A stretch of 64,000 nt of DNA from the IMG/VR virus record IMGVR_UViG_3300042691_032761; one strand, given 5' to 3'. The stretch comes from a virus. The notes below the pieces were generated by a model that searched no databases, had not been told where the DNA came from, and saw nothing but the letters and a program-made list of their open reading frames with translations. Both the position numbers and the translations under genes were made by a program. Below, one piece after another: positions 10,207 through 21,600 of the stretch. The number at the start of each line of letters is the position of its first letter. The stretch's first letter is position 1.

Positions 10207-10356
10207 ATGGACCAAGATCAGATGTTTAATTTAATAGGTAGATTATATACAGACGCTTTTGCGGCACAAAGAGTAATAGAAATGCTGCAAAAAAAATTAC
10301 AAGAAAAAGAAAAGGAACTGATAGAACTAGAAAAAATAGTTAAAAAAGATATTTAG
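10207..10356 (+). CDS. Small coiled-coil protein, 49 aa (not in ORF track)
   Basis: Strong AGGAGG RBS; MDQDQMFNLIGRLYTDAFAAQRVIEMLQKKLQEKEKELIELEKIVKKDI*; fills the gap between flanking genes. Confidence 0.7.
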   Translation: MDQDQMFNLIGRLYTDAFAAQRVIEMLQKKLQEKEKELIELEKIVKKDI

Positions 10357-10361
10357 GATGA

Positions 10362-11381
10362 ATGAATACGGACAATATACAGCTTCTTATTCATAGAATA
10401 AGTCTTGGAAAATTGTATTTTAAACATAAACACAAAGAGTATGTTTATACTAGTCCATCAACAGAGATAAAATATCAAGCAGAATTATTATATCAGCAAG
10501 TATTAGAAGACAACAAATTTGAATCTTGGATGACACAAAAGGATCTTGATAATTTTTTGGACAAAATTGAGATATGGGACGAACAAGATCAACAACTTTT
10601 AAAAACTACTGAAAAAAATCTAGAAAAGCTTAAACTTAGTCTTTATCTTAATAGATTACAAAAAGAAAAAATAACTAAAATTAAAAAAGATATAGAATGG
10701 TCTAAAGAATCTATTAATAAGTTGTTAAAAAGAAAACATAGTTTTGATTATCTAACTTTAGAGGAATATGCATCATTTCAAAAAAATGAATTTATTTTTA
10801 TAAACACTATTTATTACAAAAAAAATAATAAGAAAGTTTTTAAAGGTAATCCAGAATATGAACTATTTATGGCAATAACTTCTTATATCACTAATAATTT
10901 TATTAATATTGAACAATATAAAAAAATTGCCAGAAGTGAATATTGGAAAACATTATGGAATAGCAATAAAAATAATGTTTTTAATAAAGCAGCATATGAA
11001 TTGACAGATGAACAAAAAACTCTTATTAATATAAGTATAATGTATGATAGAATATATGAAAATGTTGAGTGTCCTCCAGACTTTGTTATAGAAGATGATG
11101 ATATGCTGGACGGATGGATGTTGGACCAGAAACAAAAAATGGAAAATTTGAAAAAAGAAAAAACGGGTGACGAACTATTATCTAAACACAAAAATGCAAA
11201 AGAAGTCTTTGTAGTATCAAATAAAGAAGATGCTGAAAATATTTTTAATTTAAATTCTACTGATTCTAGCAGGATTATAAAACAAAGAACAAAAGCAATA
11301 ATTAATTCTAAAGATGGAATAGATGAATGCCAATTGCCTGATGTACAAAGAGAACTTTTAATGAAAGTTAATACAAAATAG
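10362..11381 (+). CDS. Hypothetical protein, possible tail assembly factor
   Basis: 339-aa helical Lys/Glu-rich ORF between the tail tube and TMP genes. Confidence 0.55.
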   Translation: MNTDNIQLLIHRISLGKLYFKHKHKEYVYTSPSTEIKYQAELLYQQVLEDNKFESWMTQKDLDNFLDKIEIWDEQDQQLLKTTEKNLEKLKLSLYLNRLQKEKITKIKKDIEWSKESINKLLKRKHSFDYLTLEEYASFQKNEFIFINTIYYKKNNKKVFKGNPEYELFMAITSYITNNFINIEQYKKIARSEYWKTLWNSNKNNVFNKAAYELTDEQKTLINISIMYDRIYENVECPPDFVIEDDDMLDGWMLDQKQKMENLKKEKTGDELLSKHKNAKEVFVVSNKEDAENIFNLNSTDSSRIIKQRTKAIINSKDGIDECQLPDVQRELLMKVNTK

Positions 11382-11390
11382 GACTAAAAT

Positions 11391-11711
11391 ATGAATCAAG
11401 AACAAATAATATCACAATTAGCAGTTAAAAGATTAGAAACCACAATGATCGGAGCTTTAGCAAGATTCGAAAATGTTTTTGGATATTTATGGGGACATCA
11501 TAAAAATATAGATGAGCCACTATCAGAATCAGAAATACATTTTGATAATATGTGGCAAGATGTTAGGAATAATATTCTTAATCATGGAAATCAGCAAATA
11601 AGAGCAATAACAGATGATATATCCAGAAATCTAAGAAATGGACCGGATGTAAAATTTAATTACAAATTTAAAGTTAAACCGTTAAACAAGGAGAATGACA
11701 ATGCAAACTAG
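11391..11711 (+). CDS. Hypothetical protein
   Basis: 106 aa; AGGA RBS; operon context. Confidence 0.6.
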   Translation: MNQEQIISQLAVKRLETTMIGALARFENVFGYLWGHHKNIDEPLSESEIHFDNMWQDVRNNILNHGNQQIRAITDDISRNLRNGPDVKFNYKFKVKPLNKENDNAN

Positions 11712-12567
11712 ATCTTTTACTGCTAAAGCCAACGATAAGGACTCTGAATTCCTAGTAAAATCCCCTTCTTTAAATGATCAGAGAGAAGCACAAAAGGTTT
11801 ATAACCAAGCCTTTACTGACGCAATAAAGAGTAAGAGTGTTGTAAGAGCAAAGCTAGATGATCTTCTAAGAGATCAAGGATTATGGAATGATGAAAAACA
11901 GGCCGAATACTCCACTATGCAAAAACAACTATTAGATGGAGAAAGACGATTAGCTAAGGGCGGATTTGGTATTAATGAGGCCAAGCAGTTAGCATTTGAG
12001 ATGCAAGAAATTAGAGATAAAATAAAAGACCTTATTAGTGTTAGAACTAGTTTAGATAATCATAGCGCTGAAGGACAGGCAGATAATGCTAGATTTAACT
12101 ACTTAGTATCTGTGTGCGTGGTGTATAAAGATAGTGGAGAAAAATATTTTTCAAGCTTAGAGGATTATCTAAATAAGTCAACAGATCCTGTTGCTATTAG
12201 TGGTGCTCAAAATTTGGCTAATATGATATATGGCTTGGATAATAATTTTGAAAAAAATCTTCCAGAAAACAAATTTTTATGCAAGTATAAGTTTGTTGAT
12301 GAAAAACTAAGAAGAATAGATAAAAAGGGAAGGCTGATAGATGCTGATGGACGCTTAGTAGATGAAAATGGCAGAATAATAGATGAAAATGGTAATTTTA
12401 TAGATAGAGATGGCAACAGAGTAGACGAAACAGGAGAATATGTTGTTGAATCAAAACCATTTTTGGACGAGGAAGGCAACCCAATATTGCCACCAGACGA
12501 AATTAAGCAACCAGAAAAGCCAGTTGCTATTGCCTCTTCACAGCCAGAGACAAAGCAAGACTCTTGA
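11701..12567 (+). CDS. Putative tail assembly chaperone with DxxG heptad repeats
   Basis: AAGGAG RBS favours ATG 11701; last gene before the TMP; repeats IDKKGRL-IDADGRL-VDENGRI-IDENGNF-IDRDGNR-VDETGEY. Confidence 0.55.
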   Translation: MQTRSFTAKANDKDSEFLVKSPSLNDQREAQKVYNQAFTDAIKSKSVVRAKLDDLLRDQGLWNDEKQAEYSTMQKQLLDGERRLAKGGFGINEAKQLAFEMQEIRDKIKDLISVRTSLDNHSAEGQADNARFNYLVSVCVVYKDSGEKYFSSLEDYLNKSTDPVAISGAQNLANMIYGLDNNFEKNLPENKFLCKYKFVDEKLRRIDKKGRLIDADGRLVDENGRIIDENGNFIDRDGNRVDETGEYVVESKPFLDEEGNPILPPDEIKQPEKPVAIASSQPETKQDS

Positions 12568-12596
12568 TAGTTTTGTAAATTTTGCTTTTTCATTTG

Positions 12597-12638
12597 TAAC
12601 GCCGGTCATCAACAAAGATGATTCGGCGTTATATTTTT
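12597..12638 (+). terminator. Hairpin / probable intrinsic terminator before the TMP gene
   Basis: TAACGCCG-GTCATC-aacaaa-GATGAT-T-CGGCGTTA followed by TATTTTT. Confidence 0.6.
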
Positions 12639-12652
12639 AATAGGTAATAAAT

Positions 12653-15600
12653 ATGTCAAGATCTTTTAATTTAACAGCAGAATTAAATTTAAGAGGACCA
12701 TCTAATATTCGGCCGATCATTGCTGATATTAGAAGGCAGTTGACTGGTATAACAGCAAATGTTAATGTAACAGTTAATAATACGACTACTCGTAATGTCA
12801 ATAATCTACAACAGTCTGTTACTAGATTAAACACCGCCCTCACCGCAACAAGAGGAACAGCAACAAATGCTACCGCAGCACTAAATGCTTTTGCAAGAGC
12901 AGCGGCAAATGTTAATAATAATATTGGAAATATACCTCGTAATTTAACTAGAATTAATACAGGTGCTGGTGCAACAACTACTACTCTTAATCAAGTTACT
13001 AGAGCCACTCAGCAAGCAACAGTTGGTTTTGAAGACTTTGGTAGACAATCAGCATTGGCTGTTAGACGTTTTGCTGCTTTTGCAACCGTGACTAGCGTAA
13101 TATATAGATTCTCTAATGCGGTTACTTCTGCAACATCAGAATTCATAGATTTTAATAGAGAACTTGTTAGAGTTGCACAAGTTACTGATTCTAGTTTGTC
13201 AGAACTTAGACCACTAGTCTCTCAGATCACTAATTTGTCTACTAGCTTAGGCGTAGCATCTAAAGATTTGATTCAAGTTTCTAGTACATTAGCACAGGCT
13301 GGTTTAAGTGCAAGAGACACAGAAAAAGCTCTTAGGGCTCTTGCTCTTAGTGCGTTAGCCCCGTCGTTTGATAGCCTAAGCGATACAGTAGAAGGATCTA
13401 TTGCTTTAATGAGACAGTTCGGCATTAGTGCAGGAGATTTAGAGGATGCATTGGGTAGTGTAAATTCTGTTGCTGCAAAGTTCGCAGTTGAAGCAAGCGA
13501 CTTAATTACTGCTATTCAGCGTACCGGCGGTGTGTTTGCAACAGCAAGTAAAGGTGTTAGCGAGGGCAAGGATGCTCTTAATGAGTTTTTAGCTGTATTT
13601 ACAAGTATTCGTGCTACTACTCGTGAAAGCGCAGAAACTATTGCTACAGGCTTAAGAACTATTTTTACTCGTATTCAAAGAGCGGATACTATTGATGCAT
13701 TAAAAGCATTCGGAGTTACTCTTACTGATCTAGAAGGTAAATTCGTTGGTCCATATGAAGCTGTAAGGAGACTAAGCGAAGGATTAAGCAGACTCGATCC
13801 TAGAGATTTAAGATTTTCTCAAATTGTTGAAGAACTTGGCGGTTTTCGACAGATTGGTAAAGTGATTCCACTTATTCAGCAGTTTGCCACAGCACAAGCA
13901 GCGCTAAAGGTTGCTCAACAAGGACAAGGATCATTAGCAAAAGACGCATCAACTGCACAACAAAGTTTAGCAAATCAAATTGCTAAAGTACGAGAAGAAT
14001 TTACTGCTCTTATAAGATCATTAGGAGAAAGTTCCACATTTCAAACATTCGTTAGATTAAGTTTGGATCTTGCTAGCGCATTAATTAGATTGGCTGATAG
14101 TGCTAAAACTGTATTACCAGCATTAACTGCTATTGCTGCATTTAGGGGCGTCTCCGCTCTTACAAGGTTTGGTGCTGGATTTGCTGGTGGACTAAGAAGA
14201 CAAAATAATGGAGGTCCAGTAAGAGGATTTGCTAGGGGAGGAATAGTTCCAGGGGTAGGCAGCGGAGACACTGTTCCAGCTATGTTAGAAGCTGGAGAAT
14301 TTGTAATTAGAAAAAAAGCAGTAGAAAAAATTGGAGCTGGTAATTTACATAAAATAAATAAATATGCCACTGGAGGTAAGGTCAAAGATCTTTTATTAGA
14401 TAAGCCACTACTAAAAGCTAAATATGATACATCTAATATTGAGGATCTATATAGTTTTATAAGGATAGATAGGAGCAAACAAAATAAATTATCACAAAGT
14501 AGAGAAAAATATAGAGATAAAGCAGAACAAATATGGAGTCAAGCATCTTCTGCTTACTCTTCTAAGGGATCTCTTTCTGGTGCTAATACTTTAATAAGAA
14601 GAAAAACTGGAATAAATCTTCCATCTAAATTAAGTAGTAAAGATTTAAATCCAAATAATAAAGATAGTCAAAGACTAAATAAAATTCAAGGATCATTGGC
14701 AGAAAAAGAAGTCTATAATAAAATGGGTAATCTAAAACAATTACCAACAAAAGCTGGTGCTGACTTTACAATTGGTGGATCCGCAATCAACTTTGTTGAA
14801 GTTAAAAATAGACTAGAACCAACATCAGATAATGATTTAAGAGGAAAAGCATTACTAGGTCATCAATACCTTAGTGGAAAACAATATCTTAATAATAAGT
14901 TAGATAAAACTCCTAGACTAACTATTTCTTTATTTTCTAGCAATGAAGGAGATTATAAGAAAAAAAACTTTGGAGGATTAATTCAAAAATTTGCTCTCGG
15001 AGGAAAAGGAAGAGCATTAGGAGCACGAAGTAAATTTAAAGAATTAGACGCAAGCGAATTAGATAAACTTAGTACAGCTGATTTAATTAAGTATGCAAAA
15101 AGACAGGCTCGTGATATTTTTAGTACAGGCGGGGCTGGGATGGCGATGCGTAGCAGATTTATTGAAACCCCAGCAAATAAAATAATTCCAGAATTAGAGC
15201 CTCATTTAACATCATATATGGGGAAAAAAGGATTTTGGAGAGAAGAGATTGCCCCCTTTGGAAGACCATCAAAACAACAAGCAGCGAAAGCATCAAAAAC
15301 AGGAAGAGAAGCAGCTCTTAAAAAACAAGAAGCAAGACAAGCAGACGAAGTTGCGGCCAGAGCACAACAGTGGAAATTAATACGATCAGGATCTAAAATA
15401 GATTCTTATTTACTGTCTTCTTTAAAAGATCCTATTTTATCTGACTACAAGTCAGCCAAAGCTGGGCAGCCGCTAGCAAAAGCTTTTCATGATACTAGAT
15501 TAAGACAAGCTGTTAATCAAGCATTAGATAATTATGATGATTTTGATTATTCTCCAGCAAAGATCGATAAACTAGTTAGTGGAATGGCATCAAAAAGATT

Positions 15601-18600
15601 TGCAATAGGAGGATCTGTAGAAGATAAAGTTCCGGCACTATTAACTCCTGGTGAATTTGTAATTAATAAAAAAGCTGCTAGCAGAATAGGAGCTAGTAGA
15701 CTACATCAATTAAATAGAGCAGATAGAATTAAAGGATTTAATAAGGGCGGAGCTGTTGGAGGAATTCAGAAACTTGCTGCCGGCGGCTTTCCAACGGCTT
15801 TAACACCAGCTATGAGTGGACTATCCGCAAAAGAAACGGCTAGATTAAGTTCTGCTATAATGAATAATGTTGATGCTTTTAATACTTTGGAGGCTCAAGT
15901 TTCTGCTCTTCCAACAGATCAAATGTTGAAAGCTATGAGAATATTTGCCTCTAAACTTGAGGGAGGAGCAACAGATATAGACCGAGCGGCTACAGAAGCG
16001 GCAACATTGGCTCAATCTGGCGGTGGAGGAAGTAGACAGTCTAAAAAAGCAAGAGTAGCAAATTCTGGAGTTACGGTTGGGCCAGCGAATCCAACAACCG
16101 GAATAGTAGAAACAAGACCGACAACTAATCCTGCTGTTAGCGGTTTTGCTGCAAGTCAAGCTAGAATAAATCAAATATCTGCAAACGTTGGACAATATCA
16201 GGCTGGTCAAGATGTTGTTAGTCGTAGAGATACTGTATTAGGTGGTACTACTTCAGGAAATCTATCAAACGCTGGAATGCAACGACTTGCTCAACTAAAC
16301 CAAACAGGAGGAGGATTTGCTCAAAGAGGTCAAGATTATGCTCAAAGAGCACAGGTCTCATCTCAAAAAACTTATTCTGCAAGTTCTTTTGATCCAACAC
16401 AAATTTATCAAGGATTGGCTAAATTAAATCAGGGAATTGCAACAGCAGCTAATGGTTTAACTAGCTTAACTACAGCATCTAAAACTGCTGGTAGTGGTAT
16501 AATGTCTTTAGGCAAAGGAGCATTAGGAGCAGTTGGACGAGGAGCAGGAGGATTAGTTAGTAAAATTGGAGGAGGAGCTTTAAATATGGTGGGACTTGGA
16601 GGATTAGCTTCCAAAGGAGCAGGAGCAGCAATGGGTGGTGGTGGCGGTGGTGGAATGATGGGCATGGTGGCTATGATGGCAGCAGGGCCATTATTGGAAG
16701 CTGCAAGTCAGTCAATGGGAGGAGAAAAAACAGAAGCTGGAAGAAATACTACTGCTGTTGGTGGCGCTATGATGAATTATGCTGCTATTGGAGCAACACT
16801 AGGAAGTGTTATTCCTGGAGTTGGAACCGCTTTGGGAGGAGTTGTTGGAGCAGCGGCTGGTCTTGTTGTGGGTCTTCAGGATGCCACAAAAGCTAATGAA
16901 GAATATGCACAGAGTCAAAGAGAAGCAAAGGCCGCAACAGCATCAGATAAGAGTGGAAAAGCACTAGAAGCATACATGGCCAAACCTGGAGCTGCTCAAA
17001 AACAAGCTTTCATGAGTTCATTTGCTGCCACATCAGAAGCAGAAGCAGCCGTAAAAGCAGGAACAAAAAGACAAACAGCTAGTAGTTTTGGAAAAATGTT
17101 AGGATACCAAGATGAAAATATAAATGATTTTGCAGCAAGAACGGCTAAAACACAAACAGCAGGAGCCGATCAAGCCAAGCAATTTTTAACTGCTGAGATG
17201 ATGAGAACCGGTAAAAATTTTGGTGAAATTAGTAAAACTATGAGTCCAGAACAGTTTAAAACTCTAGCGACTAATATTGCAGAAGCAGATGAAACATATG
17301 CTTATTTCCAGATCCAAAGAGCTAATGAAATTAAAAAACTTAGAGATAGTGGTCGAGGAGCAGAGGCAGATGCTTTACAAGCACAGACCAATGCTGAACA
17401 AGAAAATTTAGCTAAAAATATTGCTGAACGTCAATTAGCAGAAGCATCAGCGGCCGCTCAGGCCAAAGCAGCATCAGAAGCTTCTAAAAAGCTAAATATG
17501 GTAATGATGCAAGCTGTTATGAGTCTTGAAAAATCATTTAATACAATGGAAGAGGTATTAAATAGATCAAGTTTTGAACTTGGACAAATATCTGGCAAAG
17601 CAGATGAAATTTTCAGTGGCAAAGCATCATTAACTAGCTCTACTTTTGCACAAACAAATAATGTTCTTCAAAATCCAAATGCTTACTCTGCGAAAGAAAG
17701 ACAAAATGCTATAAATAGTTCTGCCGCCAGAATGGGACCAGCCGGGGCATTAGTTGGTCGAGTAGCCACATTTGGTGCTCAAGCAACAGAAGAGGCTTCT
17801 AGAAGGGCTAATGCTGTGTTCAATGGTGGAGGAGATAACGAAGCTGTTGGTAATGAGGTTACTAGAAGTTTAACAAATAATATTCTTGCCACGTTTGGTC
17901 CAAATAGTTCCATGTCCCAAACCCTGATTGATGGTGTTAAACGAAGCGTAGACGAGGCAGTAAAAACAGCAAAAGAAAATGGAGAAACGCTCGATCCAAA
18001 TGAATTGGTAGAAAAAGCCACAGGACCACTAAATAGAGCTGCTCAACAAGCGGGTCAATTGTTAATTAAAAATAATGAGAATGTTGCTAAACACTTAGAA
18101 GAGTTGGGTAAGGTTGCTGAAAGAGTAGTAGAAATAGAAAATAGAAGAGTAGAAAGAACAGCAGCATTGGTAGAAATGCAAGCTCAGGGAGGAATATCAA
18201 CCAAAGAAGCACTAGGACAAAAAGTTTCTTTAGACGAAAGAATGAGCGCAAGATTTGCAGGAAGTAGAGCGAGATTAGGAATACAGGACCAAGCTAATTT
18301 TACTCCTCAAAATATTGCCAATATGAGATCTCAAGCTCAAAGAGAGCAAGCTGCATTACAATCACAAATAGATAGAAGATCAAAAGATGTTGGATCAGAC
18401 CCAACTGGCAGAGCAGCGAGAGAGGTTGCTAATTTACAACTAAAACTTGCTAAGGTAAATTCCACAATAGAACAAACTAATAAAGAATTAGAAGATTTAC
18501 CAGGAGCATTAGAAGGAGCTATTAGTGATGTAACATCAGAGATTCAAAATAGAGTAGCAAAATTAGATGCTCAAAAACAAGCATCAGGAGCTTTTGCTGA

Positions 18601-21600
18601 AAAATTAGTAGGAAGCACTCCACAGGAATTGGCTGAATTAGGTAGAACATTTAATTTATTAGATTCTACTCTTAGAGGACAAATAACAACAGTGCAGCAA
18701 TCACAAGTTGCTCAACAAGCATATATTCAATCTATACAAGAAGGAAAAACAGCACAAGAAGCAATGACTGATGCTCAAGCAGCATTTGCTAATGAAAATA
18801 AAAAAGCATTAAGCTTATTTGGAGAATTGACTCAGATCGCCGGAATAGAAGGCCCAGAACTTGACTTAATGAAAGCAGATTTATTAGAAAATTTTGCAAA
18901 AGCACAAGGAGCAGGACTAGAAAATAATCCATTCTTCCAAAGATTGTTAGGAATACTTAGACAAGATCCTGCTCAAAGAGCACAAAACGATCCAGTCTTA
19001 AAAGCTTTACAAGCAAGAATGACAGAACTAAGAGAGCAGCAAGTAGAAGCTGTAAGACTACAAAACGAAGCTGATAGAGGTATTCAAAAACAACTATTAG
19101 AACAAGTTGGTCAAAATATTATAACAAGTTTGGAAGCTACGCAAAGAGCATTTGTTGCAGCAATGAACGATATAGCAATGAGAATGGGAGCGGCTCCTCC
19201 TAGACCAATGCCAGCCAGACCTCGTTCTACCGGAGGATTAATATACGCATCAAATGGACAATATGTTAATTTTCAACCAAAAGGAACAGACACAGTTCCT
19301 GCTATGTTAACTCCGGGCGAATTTGTGGTTAATGCTAAATCCACAAAGGAAAATTTAGGTTTATTAATGTCTATAAATAATAGTCGCGGAGGCAGAATAA
19401 GTTATCTTGCTGATGGCGGAATGTCTGATATTTCCGGAGTCTCATCAAGAACTCAGTCTGCAAAACAAGAAGATATGGCCAGAAGTGGATTAATTAACCA
19501 AAGAGCACTAAGTAATAAAATTGATACCGTTAAAAGCTTATCTAATAATATTAATTCTACCACATCATTTACTAAAGATAATCAAATTCCATCATTAGAT
19601 GGATCAATAGATAACAATCAATCAATTAATAATAAACAATTTAAATCATTATTAATTGGAGTAGATAAAATTTCCAAAGTTATAGAGAATAAGAGTTCTA
19701 AGGGATTATCTAGAGGAGGAGTCGTTTATGCCAGCAGCGGAGGATACATAGGCAACGGCACTCCCGCTATGCTTTCGCCGGGAGAGTTTGTGGTCAACCA
19801 AGCTTCTGCTAAAAAATATGGTGGAGTTTTACAAGCTATAAATAGACAAGATGGTGGAGGCACACCATTTAGCGTTCCTGTATTAGATATGACTAAAGAT
19901 AATAAAGATGGTGTTTTTGTCAGAAGTCGTTACAGAGGACCGAGAGATAAGTTTATGTCCGCTAGAGAAGCAGCATCCGCTGGCATACCGTATAGCACTG
20001 GCACAGGATTTAATACAACTTATTTTGGAAAAAATACAGGAATTACTAAGGCAGACTTTGATGCTTTAACTAAACAAGACGAAAAAGATTTTTCTATATT
20101 CAATCATCCAACATTGGTTTCTCAAGGAAGACAAGCAGCTTTTACTGCTGGCTTGGCAGAAGGAGTGCCGGTCGGTGTCGCTTCATCAACAGCCGGAACC
20201 GCAGCAGCCGCTGGAACAGGAGTTGCGGCTACGGCACTAGGAGTAACAGCACCAGCATGGCTACCAGTGGCTTTAGCAATAACTGCTGCGATTGGAGCAG
20301 GATATGCTATGTCAAAATTGGCAAGAGCAACTTCTAATAAAGCTCTTGCAGCAGGAGGCAGTAATGTTACGATGGATATGATGCAGGAAGATTATCCGTT
20401 ATCTTTTATGGCTGGATCAACACTTGGAGACGCAATTGGTGGAGTAGGCGGGTCTAAATTAGGCTCACAAGCGTTCTCTGGAACATTATCTAAACAACAA
20501 GAGAAATTATTAAGACTAAAAACTATAAAAGAACGTAAAGAAGTTAACGCTGCGATATCTGAATTTAGAGAAAGAGTTGTAGCAAGATGGGAGGATATGT
20601 CTGAATTGGAAGCCTCAGCAATTTCTAGAATGTCAGGGCGTAAAACAGATTTAACTGGTCAAGAAATAATTGATTCAGCTACAGCAAGATTAAAATTATT
20701 AAATCCAAAAGCTAATCCAGATGACTATCTTCCAATAGATTTAGACACAAGGGTTATTAAGGATCCTTTTGGTGATGGTACTATTGGATGGCACAGAAGG
20801 AAAGGTAGAAAAGGAACACCAGAAATACGAACAACAGATCCTCAAGATTTAACTGTTTTACCTCATGAAGCTATTCATGCTATGATTGGAGAAAATCCTC
20901 AAATCCGTGATCTAACGATGGATTTCATCATCAAACATGAAGATTTAATTCAAGAATGGTTATCTAAAACAAAAATGACTGGATATAATTTAGATACTAT
21001 GAAATATGGGACTTCATACAGAATGAGGCAACTTGAGACGAAAATTAATTATACAGATATTCCATCGGTAATTGAAACAGAAAAACTTTTTGCTAGAGCT
21101 TTAAGCGGTAAAGAAACTGCTTCATTAGATTTTATACAAAACACAAAAGGTGGATTAGAATATATTGATAGATTATTAAAACAACAGTCTTCCAGAAGTT
21201 TTTTCACAGATGAGTCAGAAATAATAAAATGGGTTGATAAAAAATGGGATAGATCTAGTTTAGATTCCCTCAAAAAAACCATAGATGATTTTAGAAATAG
21301 AGATAAAAAACTTTATGAAGATATAATGACACATATGGGACCTGGAGGGTATCCCGGAGTTGGAACAAAAAGACTTCCAAAAGATTTGTTAGAATCTTTG
21401 AACGAAATATTTTCTCCACATGCCTCCAGAGCTGGGCCAGAAGAATTTTTAGCAACATTAGCTCAAGATGATTTAACAGGAAATGCTGCTGGTCAACAGT
21501 TGCAAAGACTCGTACAAAGAGAAATATTTGAAAAAGCCGATCAAATAAAATATAAATTTATGGGCTTTCCTGAACGACCCATTGTTGGAGTACCAGAAGG

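Noticed and set aside
10354-11711. Stop-codon reassignment (TAG read-through)
   Set aside because: Genes are long and dense under code 11. TAG ends several genes right before the next RBS or start, and conserved genes are not interrupted.
12440-12640. Overlapping +1-frame ORF as a tail-chaperone frameshift product
   Set aside because: Canonical G/GT shifts are usually -1, no clear slippery heptamer was found, and the ORF runs through the hairpin.
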